The notes: a model not told the origin generated them from the letters alone. A stretch of DNA of 64,000 nt from Patescibacteria group bacterium (GCA_020428645.1 JAGQMN010000002.1:36-64035), one strand, 5' to 3'; positions 20,672 through 30,453 are shown, numbered from the stretch's first letter. Numbers and translations: made by a program.

Positions 20672-23600
20672 CTAGCGTGAATTAGCCTCGTCTCCTGTTA
20701 ATACGGGTTCAGTATCGTGCGAACCATCGAACGGATCAACATCGACGTACTCGGTATTATCGCGAATTGTTTTCAGGTCAACATCAAGCGAGAGTCCACG
20801 AAGGTAGTTGATGAGTACGTTAAACGATGCTGGGGTATTCTGTTGACCAATCTTGTGTCGTTTAATAATTGAATCAAACGCAGCTGATCGTCCCATGACG
20901 TCGTCAGATTTAATCGTGAGCATTTCACGGAGCGTGTGTGCAGCACCGTACCCTTCGAGTGCCCACACCTCCATTTCTCCAAATCGTTGTCCTCCTGATT
21001 GTGCTTTACCTCCGAGCGGTTGTTGGGTAATCAAACTGTATGGTCCAATTGAACGCGCGTGCATTTTGTCGTCGATCATGTGATGGAGTTTCAAGATGTA
21101 CATGTAGCCAACTGCAACTTGCTGATCAAATTTTTCTCCGGTTCGCCCATCGAACAGTGTTACCTTTCCTGAACCTGAGAATCCTGCTGATTCAAGTTCA
21201 GCAGCGATTTCGTCAGCGCTCGCTCCTGCAAACGACGGAACTATTGCCTGATACCCCAAGGTATTCGCAGCAAGTCCGAGGTGCATTTCGAGAATCTGTC
21301 CAAGGTTCATACGTGAAGGAATACCAAGCGGTGTCAAAATAACATCAATCGGTGTTCCGTCTTCCATGTACGGCATGTCTTCCTCTGGAAGAACAATTGA
21401 AATAACTCCTTTATTTCCGTGTCGTCCTGCAAGCTTGTCTCCCACCTTGATGTTACGGAGTTGCGCGACTTCGATGTAAACCTTTTTCAACACGCCTGAT
21501 TCGAGTTTATGTCCGGCATCACGAGAGAATACCTTCACCCCAATAACACGTCCTTTCTTTCCGTAACCGAGGCGAAGTGAAGTGTCTTTGACGTCTCGTG
21601 ATTTCTCTCCAAAGATTGAGCGGAGAAGTTTTTCTTCTGGGGTGAGTTCTGTTTCACCCTTTGGTGTTACCTTGCCAACGAGAATGTCGTTCTCACCAAC
21701 GTACGCACCAACCCGCACAACACCATCTTCATCGAGGTTTGCGAGTTTTGATTCACCAACATTTGGAATATCAGTGGTGGTTTGTTCCTCACCGAGTTTC
21801 GTATCACGAACAACACACTCGTACTCATCAATACGAATTGAGGTAAAAATTGAGTTCTTGACGAGTTTCTCTGACAGAATAATTGCATCCTCAAAGTTCT
21901 GACCATTCCAACACATGAATGCAACGAGTACGTTCTGACCAATCGCGAGCTGTCCTCCTTCGGTTGTTGACGTGTCAGCGAGTACCTGCCCTTTCTTTAC
22001 CTTTTCACCAACGGTAACAATCGTTCGCTGGTGGAAGAATGAGTTTGAGTTCGTTCGAATAAAGTTAATGAGGTTGTAGGTTTCTTTGTTCCCTTTTGCA
22101 TCTTTGACGACAATCTTTTTACCATCAGCTTCAAGAACCGTTCCTGAGCTGCGAGAAACCACCACACGACCTGTGTCGAGTGCAGCTTTTTCTTCCATAC
22201 CAGTACCCACGAGTGGTGCCTGCGGTACCACGAGTGGTACCGCCTGCTTCATCATGTTTGATCCCATGAGCGATCGGTTTGCATCGTCAGCTTCGAGGAA
22301 TGGAATGAGTGATGTCGCTACCGAGAACGCAGCGTTCGTTGCAACATCAATGTAGTCCACCTCATTGCGTGCACAAATTCCTGGTCGCGTCTTAATGCGC
22401 GCTTCCACAATATCGTTTACAAACTTTCCATTTTTATCAACAGCGTTTGATGCATGGGCGATGTTGTATCGCTCTTCATCCATAGCATTGAGGTATTCGA
22501 TTTCGTTAGTCACTTTTCCTTTAACTACCTTTGCGTACGGTGCCTCGATCATACCGAAATGGTTAATGCGCGCATACACACTCATACGAAGGATGAGTCC
22601 GATGTTCTGACCTTCTGGGGTATGGATTGGACACACACGACCGTAGTGAGATGGGTGTACGTCACGCACCTCAAACCCAGCTCGTTCACGAGTGAGTCCA
22701 CCAGGACCGAGCGCTGAGAGCGTACGGAGGTGTGAAATTTCAGAGAGTGCGTTCTCTTGATCCATATACTGTGACAACTGTGAGGTCGCAAAGAACTCTT
22801 TGATGCGAGCCTGGAATGGACGCTGATTAACAAGCGTCATTGCTGCCATAGTATCGTTATCTACGGTCGACATGCGGTCCTTGATGTTACGCTTCATCTG
22901 TGATAGTGCCTGACGAACTTTTTGTTCGAGGAGTTCCCCAACGAACCGAACACGACGTGAACCGAGGTGGTCAATATCGTCTTCTTTGGCGTGTGGATCA
23001 ACGTTCATTTCCGCAATACGCGTCATGATCGTTACGAGATCTTCTACGCTGAGAGTTTGTTCATACGCACCACCTTTCTTTGGTAGTACCTTATCAAAAC
23101 GCTTATTGAAGTGGTAGCGACCAACCTCTGACAAGTCGTACAGGGTTTCACCAAAAATTGCCTCGAAGTATTCAACGAGTGCATCTGGTGACGCCACCTC
23201 ACCGTCACGAATACGTCGGTACACATCGACGTACGCTTCTTGTTTGTTCTTTGATCCATCTTTTGCGAGCGTTTCCTTGATGTACTTGAGTGCAACATCA
23301 TTCCCCTTAAACGCAGCTTCAATTTCTTTGTTGGTTTCGAGACCGAAAATACGCAACAGTGCGGTTGCAGCAAATTTTCTCTTCTTGTCGATGCGAACGT
23401 AAATAGCACCATCTTTGTTTGATTCAAATTCAATCCATGCACCACGAGCTGGAATCACCTTGGCACCAAAGAATGGCCCCTTTGGGTGATCGTCCACGGT
23501 GAAAAAGACACCGTAGCTACGCGCGAGCTGTGGCACAATCACACGTTCAATACCATTTATAATGAACGTACCGTGCGGGGTCATGTATGGGATTTCACTC

Positions 23601-23920
23601 AAGAAAATTTCCTCTTCTTTGGTTTTGTCGAGGGTCTTGTTGTGGAGTGATACTCGTGCCTTGAGGCGTGCTTGGTAGGTTTCTTTGTTCTCACGAGCGT
23701 AGTACTCGTCAAATTCAGGATCTTCGATCTCAAACCCTAGGAATTTCAACTCGAACTTCTTCTCAGAGTAGTCTTCAATAGGTGAAAACTCCATGATGGC
23801 ACCTTGGATGCCTCCGTTAATAAATGCTTCGAATGAGGTGATTTGATTTTCAACCAAATTTGGCACTTCAATCAGCGGGTCTTTATACTTAGAAAAATAT
23901 TTTTTTTCGCGTGTAGTCAT
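20672..23920 (-). CDS. rpoB: DNA-directed RNA polymerase subunit beta
   Basis: 1082 aa with GRHGNKGVIS, SQLSQYMDQENALSEISHLRTLSALGPGGL and FGEMEVWALEGYGAAHTLREMLT. Confidence 0.98.
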   Translation of the reverse strand: MTTREKKYFSKYKDPLIEVPNLVENQITSFEAFINGGIQGAIMEFSPIEDYSEKKFELKFLGFEIEDPEFDEYYARENKETYQARLKARVSLHNKTLDKTKEEEIFLSEIPYMTPHGTFIINGIERVIVPQLARSYGVFFTVDDHPKGPFFGAKVIPARGAWIEFESNKDGAIYVRIDKKRKFAATALLRIFGLETNKEIEAAFKGNDVALKYIKETLAKDGSKNKQEAYVDVYRRIRDGEVASPDALVEYFEAIFGETLYDLSEVGRYHFNKRFDKVLPKKGGAYEQTLSVEDLVTIMTRIAEMNVDPHAKEDDIDHLGSRRVRFVGELLEQKVRQALSQMKRNIKDRMSTVDNDTMAAMTLVNQRPFQARIKEFFATSQLSQYMDQENALSEISHLRTLSALGPGGLTRERAGFEVRDVHPSHYGRVCPIHTPEGQNIGLILRMSVYARINHFGMIEAPYAKVVKGKVTNEIEYLNAMDEERYNIAHASNAVDKNGKFVNDIVEARIKTRPGICARNEVDYIDVATNAAFSVATSLIPFLEADDANRSLMGSNMMKQAVPLVVPQAPLVGTGMEEKAALDTGRVVVSRSSGTVLEADGKKIVVKDAKGNKETYNLINFIRTNSNSFFHQRTIVTVGEKVKKGQVLADTSTTEGGQLAIGQNVLVAFMCWNGQNFEDAIILSEKLVKNSIFTSIRIDEYECVVRDTKLGEEQTTTDIPNVGESKLANLDEDGVVRVGAYVGENDILVGKVTPKGETELTPEEKLLRSIFGEKSRDVKDTSLRLGYGKKGRVIGVKVFSRDAGHKLESGVLKKVYIEVAQLRNIKVGDKLAGRHGNKGVISIVLPEEDMPYMEDGTPIDVILTPLGIPSRMNLGQILEMHLGLAANTLGYQAIVPSFAGASADEIAAELESAGFSGSGKVTLFDGRTGEKFDQQVAVGYMYILKLHHMIDDKMHARSIGPYSLITQQPLGGKAQSGGQRFGEMEVWALEGYGAAHTLREMLTIKSDDVMGRSAAFDSIIKRHKIGQQNTPASFNVLINYLRGLSLDVDLKTIRDNTEYVDVDPFDGSHDTEPVLTGDEANSR

Positions 23921-24557
23921 AACAACAGTAAATAGTGATAATACGTGGATACACCAACAAACAGAAAAGCACCGGGGGCATGCTCGCCTTCGGTGTCTTT
24001 TTTATTGGTTTGTTAGGATGTGTGAATAATGGATCAACATACGTGAACAAACCCAAAACAGCAGAAACTCAATCAGATATTAGGTATCTCGTATACTACG
24101 GATATTTTGTTTTCTGTCAAAGGAAAAGCGACCATTGGATCGCTTTCTATTAAAAGTTAAATTTTTTTTACAAGTCAGTAACAAGGATAGGAGATTTTCA
24201 TCTCGAACACCCCCTTTCTATTTGGGGTTAAACAATTGGAATACACGAGTGTTTTCATAGACCTTGTTTTTTAATTAATAATTGTTGAACTTGAATCGTT
24301 TTAATTATAGCAAATTTTAACCCCACGACAAAACTAGTTTGTGTGAGGTTGGTTAGACGCTGTAAATTTAATTTCTTGTGTGTACACCCTGATGTCTATG
24401 GTTGGGTTTGTTGTAAAACTTAGGCTTAGGTGATTTAACATCTTTTTTTTCAGAGCTTTCTGTACTTGATTGAGATATTACTTTTTCGTTTGCCACGTAT
24501 AAATTAATTTTAAGGTTAAACTTAAATTACTATAACATTAAAATAAAAAAATACAAA

Positions 24558-25205
24558 CTAATGATGGTTACGCCATTCATCAATGAGCTTGTGATTTCCT
24601 GATTGCAATACATCAGGTACGGTGTACTTCTTTCCCTGGTGTTCAACTACAAGTGGTCTCGTATACATTTCATGTGATGAGATGCGTTCTTCTTCGAGAG
24701 ATTGTTTATTGCCGAGTACCCCATCAACCTGCCGACTGATTGAATCAATCATCACCATAGCCGCCAGTTCTCCGCCCGTTAGGACATAGTTTCCAATTGA
24801 TACCTCTTCTGCCTGTTTGTCGATGATTTTTTTTACCCGTGCATCGATACCCTCGTAGCGACCACAGATGAAAATAATATCAGTATATTTTTTTACCGAT
24901 TGTTTTGCGTATGCGGTCGTAAACTCAGTACCACCTGGCGAGAGAATAATCGTTTTGAATTTCTTTTTCTGACTGCGTCCGCGTGCCTTTTTCCAAGCGT
25001 CAATAATTGGCTGAACCGTCATAATCATTCCAGGACCCCCACCGTAGGGAATGTCGTCCACCTTATTATGTTTATTGGTGGTGAAATCTCGTGGATTATA
25101 GAACTTCACACTAATGTTTTTGGATGCAATAGCACGCTTCATCATTGAATCTGCAAGGTAGGATTCAAAGAGGTTTGGGAAAATGGTGATGATATGAAAT
25201 GTCAT
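24558..25205 (-). CDS. trmD: tRNA (guanine37-N1)-methyltransferase
   Basis: 215 aa: FHIITIFPNLFESYL, DDIPYGGGPGMIM, CGRYEGIDARV. Confidence 0.93.
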   Translation of the reverse strand: MTFHIITIFPNLFESYLADSMMKRAIASKNISVKFYNPRDFTTNKHNKVDDIPYGGGPGMIMTVQPIIDAWKKARGRSQKKKFKTIILSPGGTEFTTAYAKQSVKKYTDIIFICGRYEGIDARVKKIIDKQAEEVSIGNYVLTGGELAAMVMIDSISRQVDGVLGNKQSLEEERISSHEMYTRPLVVEHQGKKYTVPDVLQSGNHKLIDEWRNHH

Positions 25206-25293
25206 ACAACATAAGTCTAGTTGCTAAACATCAAAGAATCAAGGTAATAAAAAAAACCAGGTCTCGCGACCTAGTTTTTCAAAAAATGTAAAA

Positions 25294-25905
25294 TTAATAC
25301 CACTCTAATACCTCGGTCGTTTTCGAATAGGTAGGCGACCAAAGTTCAACTGTTTTGATTGCTTCTCCTTTTGGAAAATCTATCGGGTCATTAGGGGTTG
25401 ATTGCCTTTTTGCTATCACACTTTGGGAATATAACTCACCGTCTTTCCACTGACGTTTAATTTGATGCTTTTCATAAGGTCCGACATTCTTTTCTGTAAG
25501 TTCTTCGAAAGCCAGTTTCCCGTTATACCAAGATCGTCGATGATCAAATTCCAAATAAACATTCCATTCCCTTATGGATTTTAAGGAACCATCGGGGTTA
25601 AACTTTTTCTCAATTTGATTACCGTCAGAATCCATCGAATAGGTATACTTGAAACCTCCATCTAAGTAATGTTCCACACTGCTAGATACACCATTAGGTT
25701 TAAAGTATCTAGACCTGGACTTTAGTTGCCCTGTCTCATACCACTTTTCAACCATTACGACATTATGTTCACTATCATAAGTCGCACGGTCTCTTAACAT
25801 TTTATTTTCGTAAAATGTCTGCTCAGTGGTAAAACCTGAACTGCAAGAAGATGACAGTCCAAGGATTGCAATAATCACCAATAAAGATGTCAAAAAAGTT
25901 TTCAT
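25294..25905 (-). CDS. lipoprotein with MORN-variant (YwqK-like) repeats
   Basis: Signal peptide with lipobox (ILGLSSSC). Repeated W/Y-x-x-G-x-L-x motifs (WYETGQLKS, NPDGSLKS, WYNGKLAF, WKDGELYS). Confidence 0.55.
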   Translation of the reverse strand: MKTFLTSLLVIIAILGLSSSCSSGFTTEQTFYENKMLRDRATYDSEHNVVMVEKWYETGQLKSRSRYFKPNGVSSSVEHYLDGGFKYTYSMDSDGNQIEKKFNPDGSLKSIREWNVYLEFDHRRSWYNGKLAFEELTEKNVGPYEKHQIKRQWKDGELYSQSVIAKRQSTPNDPIDFPKGEAIKTVELWSPTYSKTTEVLEWY

Positions 25906-26007
25906 TGTTATTGTTTTAAAAAGTTAATATTTCAGGTAAATTTTAACAAATTATAATAAATAGTCAAATTTCTATTGAAAAAATTTTGTGAGCTGATATC
26001 TTGGGTC

Positions 26008-26641
26008 TGTCTGCATCAGGTGATCGCGCGACCCCCCACAACTTTTAATAGTATATACGTGATATATTTTAACTATGTATTACGTATACGTTCTCAAGAG
26101 TGAAAAAGATAGTAAACATTATATTGGTTACACAAACGACCTCAAGAGAAGGTTTGAAGAACATAATCAAGGTAATAATCTTTCAACAAGAAACAGAATT
26201 CCGTTTGAGTTAATATATTATGAAGCGTATACGCATAAATCACTAGCAATACGTAGAGAAAATAAATTAAAGGAGTTTAAAAATTCTTACACTCAATTAT
26301 TCAAGAGAATATATGAATAGTATTAAAAGTTGTGGGGGGAGTGAGGAAAGTCCGGACACGTACCTTTTATAGGTAAAACGGTAGCAGGTAACGCCTGCCG
26401 GGAGCAATTCTAGGGATGCGAGCAGTGACGCCCAAGCCGAGAGGCGATGGCTCCCCCACCATAGCATGGTGGGGGATGAATCCTCTGGTAACAGAGGGGT
26501 GAAACGGCAAAATTCCTACCTACGTGCAAGGTCGTACCCCCCACAATTCTTTGTGGGGGGAGTGCCGCAAAGAATCGCATGGCGACATGTGGTCAAGATA
26601 AATGATCATCCCAGACAGAATCCGGCTTATCGATGCAAACA
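26008..26641 (+). ncRNA. rnpB: RNase P RNA (bacterial type A) with a 270-nt insertion in P3
   Basis: CR-I GAGGAAAGTCCGGAC at 26343-26357, GGTAACGCCTGCC, GGGGTGAAACGGCA, and CR-V ACAGAATCCGGCTTATC at 26615-26631. P1 pairs 26008-26017 with 26632-26641. P2 pairs 26019-26025 with 26604-26610. P3 is the 19-bp helix 26032-26050 / 26321-26339. Confidence 0.88.
26075..26320 (+). CDS. GIY-YIG nuclease family protein, encoded inside the RNase P RNA P3 loop
   Basis: 81 aa: YYVYVLKSEKDSKHYIGYTNDLKRRFEEHN...R...E. GIY-YIG core with conserved Arg, Glu and Asn. The stop codon abuts the 3' arm of the P3 helix. Confidence 0.85.
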   Translation: MYYVYVLKSEKDSKHYIGYTNDLKRRFEEHNQGNNLSTRNRIPFELIYYEAYTHKSLAIRRENKLKEFKNSYTQLFKRIYE

Positions 26642-26678
26642 GTATGAAAAATCACAGGTATTCCCTGTGATTTTTTAC

Positions 26679-27170
26679 TTACCAATCAAATACACTACCG
26701 AGCGTAACACCGTAGGTATCAGCAAATCCCGCAATCGTTTCTACAACGTACAGCGCCGGCATGGATGGTTGGTACGTCTCTGGGTAATCATTTGGATCTG
26801 CATTCTGTTTCATGAAGACCACCTCTCTATCAGCATTCAACCACAACATATCGATCTGAAAATCCATATCTTTCATCCAAAAACTATAGCGACCTGGTGT
26901 ATCAAACACAAAGAGCATAGCTTGGTTTTCCTGTAGTAATGTATGTCCTGAGAGTCCACGTGCACGTTCGTTTGGCTGATCAGCAATCATTGTTTCAAGC
27001 TCAATACCATTAATTGTTAGTATGCGATCCACGTGGTGTACACCAGTGCTAGGAGGGGTTGTACGTATAGGAGAAATAACTATAAATAGACCAATAGCGA
27101 GTACCACAAGTATTGCACCAATGGTACGAAAGGTTGTTGTATCTATGCGCCTTTGGCGAATGGGTGTCAT
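26679..27170 (-). CDS. DUF192 domain protein with an N-terminal membrane anchor
   Basis: 163 aa: ADQPNERARGLSGH...MLFVF...FWMKDMDFQIDMLWLN, typical of DUF192. Confidence 0.75.
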   Translation of the reverse strand: MTPIRQRRIDTTTFRTIGAILVVLAIGLFIVISPIRTTPPSTGVHHVDRILTINGIELETMIADQPNERARGLSGHTLLQENQAMLFVFDTPGRYSFWMKDMDFQIDMLWLNADREVVFMKQNADPNDYPETYQPSMPALYVVETIAGFADTYGVTLGSVFDW

Positions 27171-27186
27171 GTGCTAAGATTGTACC

Positions 27187-27777
27187 ATGAATTCGGAATC
27201 AAATGCTCCTCAAAAAAAATCATTTGGACGCGAGGTTGTAGAACTCTTTCGCTTTGTCCTGATCGTACTGGCTATTGTCGTACCTATACGTATCTTCGTA
27301 GCACAACCATTTATTGTGAATGGTGAGTCAATGGTGCCTACTCTTGAAAATGGTGATTACCTTATTATTGATGAAATTTCGTACCGAGCACGTGATCCAC
27401 AACGTGGTGAGGTTATTGTGTTTCGAAATCCTACCAACACAACACAATTTCTGATTAAGCGTATTATCGGTCTTCCTGGTGAACAGGTACAGATTAACGG
27501 CTCAGCAATTACTATCATGCAAGCGGATGGAACGGTACTCAACCTTGATGAGTCCTACATTACAACAGATTTCTCAAGTTACGGTACATGGAACCTCAAC
27601 GAAGATGAGTACTTTGCTATGGGAGATAATCGAGGACGTAGTCTCGATTCACGAGCGTGGGGAGCTCTACCACGTGAAAACATTGTAGGAACAACCCTGC
27701 TGCGACTGTTTCCACTTTCGCACTTAGCACTCCAACCTGGTCACGTGAATGCGAGTGAAGTTGAAGTGCTCGAATAA
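27187..27777 (+). CDS. lepB: signal peptidase I
   Basis: 196 aa: NGESMVPTL (catalytic Ser), IKRIIGLPGE (Lys), GDNRGRSLDSR. Confidence 0.92.
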   Translation: MNSESNAPQKKSFGREVVELFRFVLIVLAIVVPIRIFVAQPFIVNGESMVPTLENGDYLIIDEISYRARDPQRGEVIVFRNPTNTTQFLIKRIIGLPGEQVQINGSAITIMQADGTVLNLDESYITTDFSSYGTWNLNEDEYFAMGDNRGRSLDSRAWGALPRENIVGTTLLRLFPLSHLALQPGHVNASEVEVLE

Positions 27778-27783
27778 CGTACT

Positions 27784-29049
27784 ATGTCTGAATCAAACAA
27801 ATCAAACAAAGATATCCTGCAGGCACCTCGCGGAATGCGTGATTTTTATGGTACACCATACCAACAGAAGAGTAATTTTTTTGAGTACGCACGTATGATT
27901 GCATCATCATATGGTTTTACAGGTATCGAAACGCCAATTCTTGAACATACTGAGATTTTTTTGAAAGGAATTGGAGAAGGTACCGACATCATCGATAAAG
28001 AAATGTACAACTTAACGACGCTCGGAGGTGATCGGTTAACGCTCAAACCAGAAGGTACCGCACCGATCATGCGTGCCTACATTGAACACGGTATGGGTGC
28101 ACTACCTCAACCGCAACTGTTTTATTACGAGAGTCCTTTTTTCAGACACGATAAACCACAGAAAGGTCGATATCGACAATTTTACCAATTCGGTCTTGAA
28201 ATTATGGGATCACGCGATCCATTGTATGATGCACTCACCATCGAGGTCGGATATCGAATCATTCAAAAAACTGGAAAAAAAGTGGTAGTGAAGATCAATA
28301 GCCTCGGGACACGTGACATTCGTGCATCGTACACCGAAACACTCGTCGCGTTTTATAGAGAACACCAATCAAAACTTGCCGAGGGTGACCAAGAACGTAT
28401 TGATACAAACCCATTCAGAATTCTTGATTCAAAAGAACCAGAAACCGTTACTGTTAATCAATCAGCACCGACTCTCATTGAAAGTCTAGACAAAGCATCA
28501 CGTGACCACTTTACCTCTGTCACTGATACTTTGGATGGCCTTGATATTCCATACGAAATTAATCCATTCCTTGTTCGTGGTATGGACTATTACGAACACA
28601 CCGTGTTTGAATACGTAACTTACGATAATGAGAATCAGGAATCATTTGCACTTGGCGGTGGTGGTCGCTACGACGGACTTGCAGAACTCATTGGTCACAC
28701 CACCTCAATTCCTTCAGTAGGACTTGGTCTGGGGGCTGATCGTATTATAGAAATCAGCGATGATACATTTACTACGAACCCGGGGGATAGAATACCTATG
28801 ATTGTCACCGAAAATTCATTGTATGTACATGCGTCACAACTACTCCAAAAATGTACGAATAACAAATTGTTTATGTACCCGCTCTTTACCAAGATTGGAA
28901 AGCAAATGAGCCGTATCGAAAAAGAGGGCTATACTCGTGTCTGTATTATCGGAGAAGATGAAGCGACCAACCAACAGGTTACTTACAAAGACCTCACTAC
29001 TGGCGAACAACGAACACTGTCGTATAAAGAACTCAACAACCTCTCGTAG
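27784..29049 (+). CDS. hisS: histidyl-tRNA synthetase
   Basis: 421 aa: PRGMRDF, LKPEGTAPIMRAY, FRHDKPQKGRYRQFYQFG, GGGGRYDGL. Confidence 0.95.
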   Translation: MSESNKSNKDILQAPRGMRDFYGTPYQQKSNFFEYARMIASSYGFTGIETPILEHTEIFLKGIGEGTDIIDKEMYNLTTLGGDRLTLKPEGTAPIMRAYIEHGMGALPQPQLFYYESPFFRHDKPQKGRYRQFYQFGLEIMGSRDPLYDALTIEVGYRIIQKTGKKVVVKINSLGTRDIRASYTETLVAFYREHQSKLAEGDQERIDTNPFRILDSKEPETVTVNQSAPTLIESLDKASRDHFTSVTDTLDGLDIPYEINPFLVRGMDYYEHTVFEYVTYDNENQESFALGGGGRYDGLAELIGHTTSIPSVGLGLGADRIIEISDDTFTTNPGDRIPMIVTENSLYVHASQLLQKCTNNKLFMYPLFTKIGKQMSRIEKEGYTRVCIIGEDEATNQQVTYKDLTTGEQRTLSYKELNNLS

Positions 29050-29092
29050 GTTTTTTGTTTGCAGAAACAGCAGTTTATTCTACACTGACACT

Positions 29093-29638
29093 ATGACAAC
29101 TATAGTCCAAGTAGGAAAAAAAGTGCTCCGCATGAAAGCACAAGAAGTACCAAAAGATGCTATTGCCTCGCCCGAAATACAGGGTGTGATAGCGCGTATG
29201 AACGAAGCGCTCGCCACCCAAAATGATGGGGTTGCTATTGCCGCACCACAAATTGGTGAATCCTATCGTATCTTTACGATTTCACCTGTTGTATTTGAAG
29301 AACCTGGTGATTACCATTTGGTCTACATCAATCCTGAAATAATGGAGGTGTCTAAGAAAACAAAGCTCTTGAATGAAGGGTGCCTCTCGTGTCGTTGGAA
29401 AATTGGCGATGTAGAAAGACACCTAACGGCAACGGTTCGGGCATATGACGAATATGGTAACCAATTTACTGAATCAGCTGACGGACTCCTCGCACATATT
29501 TTCCAACACGAAACCGATCACCTTGATGGTATTCTCTTTATCGACAAAGCAGAAAATCTGCGCGATATGACTGAGGAAGAAATTAATGAGGTACTCCAAG
29601 AAAATGCATCCCCACGGTACGACCAAATTAAAGACTAA
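29093..29638 (+). CDS. def: peptide deformylase
   Basis: 181 aa from the ATG at 29093: GVAIAAPQIG, EGCLS, HETDHLDG. The track ORF starting at 28937 is an upstream extension that overlaps hisS. Confidence 0.93.
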   Translation: MTTIVQVGKKVLRMKAQEVPKDAIASPEIQGVIARMNEALATQNDGVAIAAPQIGESYRIFTISPVVFEEPGDYHLVYINPEIMEVSKKTKLLNEGCLSCRWKIGDVERHLTATVRAYDEYGNQFTESADGLLAHIFQHETDHLDGILFIDKAENLRDMTEEEINEVLQENASPRYDQIKD

Positions 29639-29650
29639 CAGAAAAAAATA

Positions 29651-29679
29651 AAAACCACAGCCAAATGGCTGTGGTTTTT
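29651..29679 (+). terminator. intrinsic terminator after def
   Basis: AAAACCACAGCC-AAAT-GGCTGTGGTTTTT. Confidence 0.8.
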
Positions 29680-29752
29680 ATTGAACATGTCACAAACTAA
29701 ATTATGCTATGTGAACATATTTATACGTCATAACATAGTGGTATGAAATAAT

Positions 29753-29855
29753 TAAGAGAGGTTCTCTGTCATTCAGCGACAGATCGGGCGATGATACTTC
29801 ATCTAAGTATCATCGCCCGAATCCGGGACTGAATAGAATACCTCGTGTATCTATT
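29753..29855 (+). repeat. island end motif, copy 1 (TAAGAGAGGTTCT plus hairpins)
   Basis: TAAGAGAGGTTCTCTGTCATTCAGCGACAGATCGGG-[hairpin 29785-29819]-CCCGAATCC. Same architecture as 31119 and, inverted, 35528. Confidence 0.7.
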
Positions 29856-30019
29856 TTCTTCCTCCCCTCACTTTTACTAGACAGCAAAAGTGAGGGGATA
29901 AAAAAGTCGAATTTTACCTGACTGGATGGTATTCAACAAGACCATAACCTATTTAATTAAGATGCTCATCCCGAAGGATTCCCGAAATGGCTTTGCCATT
30001 TCGGGACCTAAACCTAGGT
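29856..30019 (-). repeat. island junction module J1
   Basis: Read on the minus strand: stop, 18-nt palindrome, hairpin 29980-30006, CCUUCGGG 29968-29979, degenerate AT hairpin, TTTTTTAT, variable hairpin 29864-29897, AGGAAGAA. Confidence 0.6.
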
Positions 30020-30415
30020 TTAGGATTTTTTTAACTTCGCTCCCCAACTATCAGCGAGGTTCTCTAGGGTTGGATCTTTTTTCTCTGATTTTTTAAAAAA
30101 ATCTTTCCCTACGGCAACCTCCTGGTCAGGACAATCTCTCTCGTTTACAAAACGAGAGGCAATCTCTTCTGCCCAGCCTAAGGGTGCAATGAGGAGTTTC
30201 CAACCCTCGCTTCCAGAACCTCCATACGTAGTAGTCTCCGATAAAATTCTAAGATTATTATCAGAATGAACAGAGAAAGCTGGCCATCTTTTTGCTCCGG
30301 ATCCCGGTCTATACTCTTGAACCAGGACAAGTTCTTGATTACAAGAACTTTTTTCATCAATTTCTCTCAAAAAGATTTTATCTTCTGAGGAAATGAAAAC
30401 ATTAGCAGCATACAC
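30020..30415 (-). CDS. hypothetical protein (island gene A)
   Basis: 131-aa ORF with a GTG start (uncertain). No recognisable family. Lies between the intact def and the displaced def 3' fragment. Confidence 0.45.
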   Translation of the reverse strand: MYAANVFISSEDKIFLREIDEKSSCNQELVLVQEYRPGSGAKRWPAFSVHSDNNLRILSETTTYGGSGSEGWKLLIAPLGWAEEIASRFVNERDCPDQEVAVGKDFFKKSEKKDPTLENLADSWGAKLKKS

Positions 30416-30453
30416 ATATCCCTCACTCTTATTGGAGGTTGCGAGATGGTTTT

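Noticed and set aside
16973-23445. Dozens of 60-130 aa ORFs on both strands inside rpoC and rpoB
   Set aside because: They are shadow ORFs within very strongly supported long coding regions, with no independent support.
23921-24557. 637-nt ORF-poor spacer upstream of rpoB, containing a 72-aa plus ORF, a possible 42-aa GTG-initiated basic minus-strand ORF (about 24370-24497) and an imperfect hairpin near 24329-24360
   Set aside because: I found no recognisable motif, no convincing start context and no repeat structure. It may hold the rpoB promoter or leader, but I cannot support a specific feature.
26466-26936. 156-aa plus-strand ORF in the track
   Set aside because: It runs through the 3' two thirds of the RNase P RNA and then antisense to the DUF192 gene. 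The conserved RNA motifs explain the sequence, and the ORF has no protein-like features.
30007-30024. 18-nt perfect palindrome CCTAAACCTAGGTTTAGG overlapping the stop codon of island gene A
   Set aside because: It is real but isolated. It could be a protein-binding site or part of a terminator, and there is no second copy or other context to build on.
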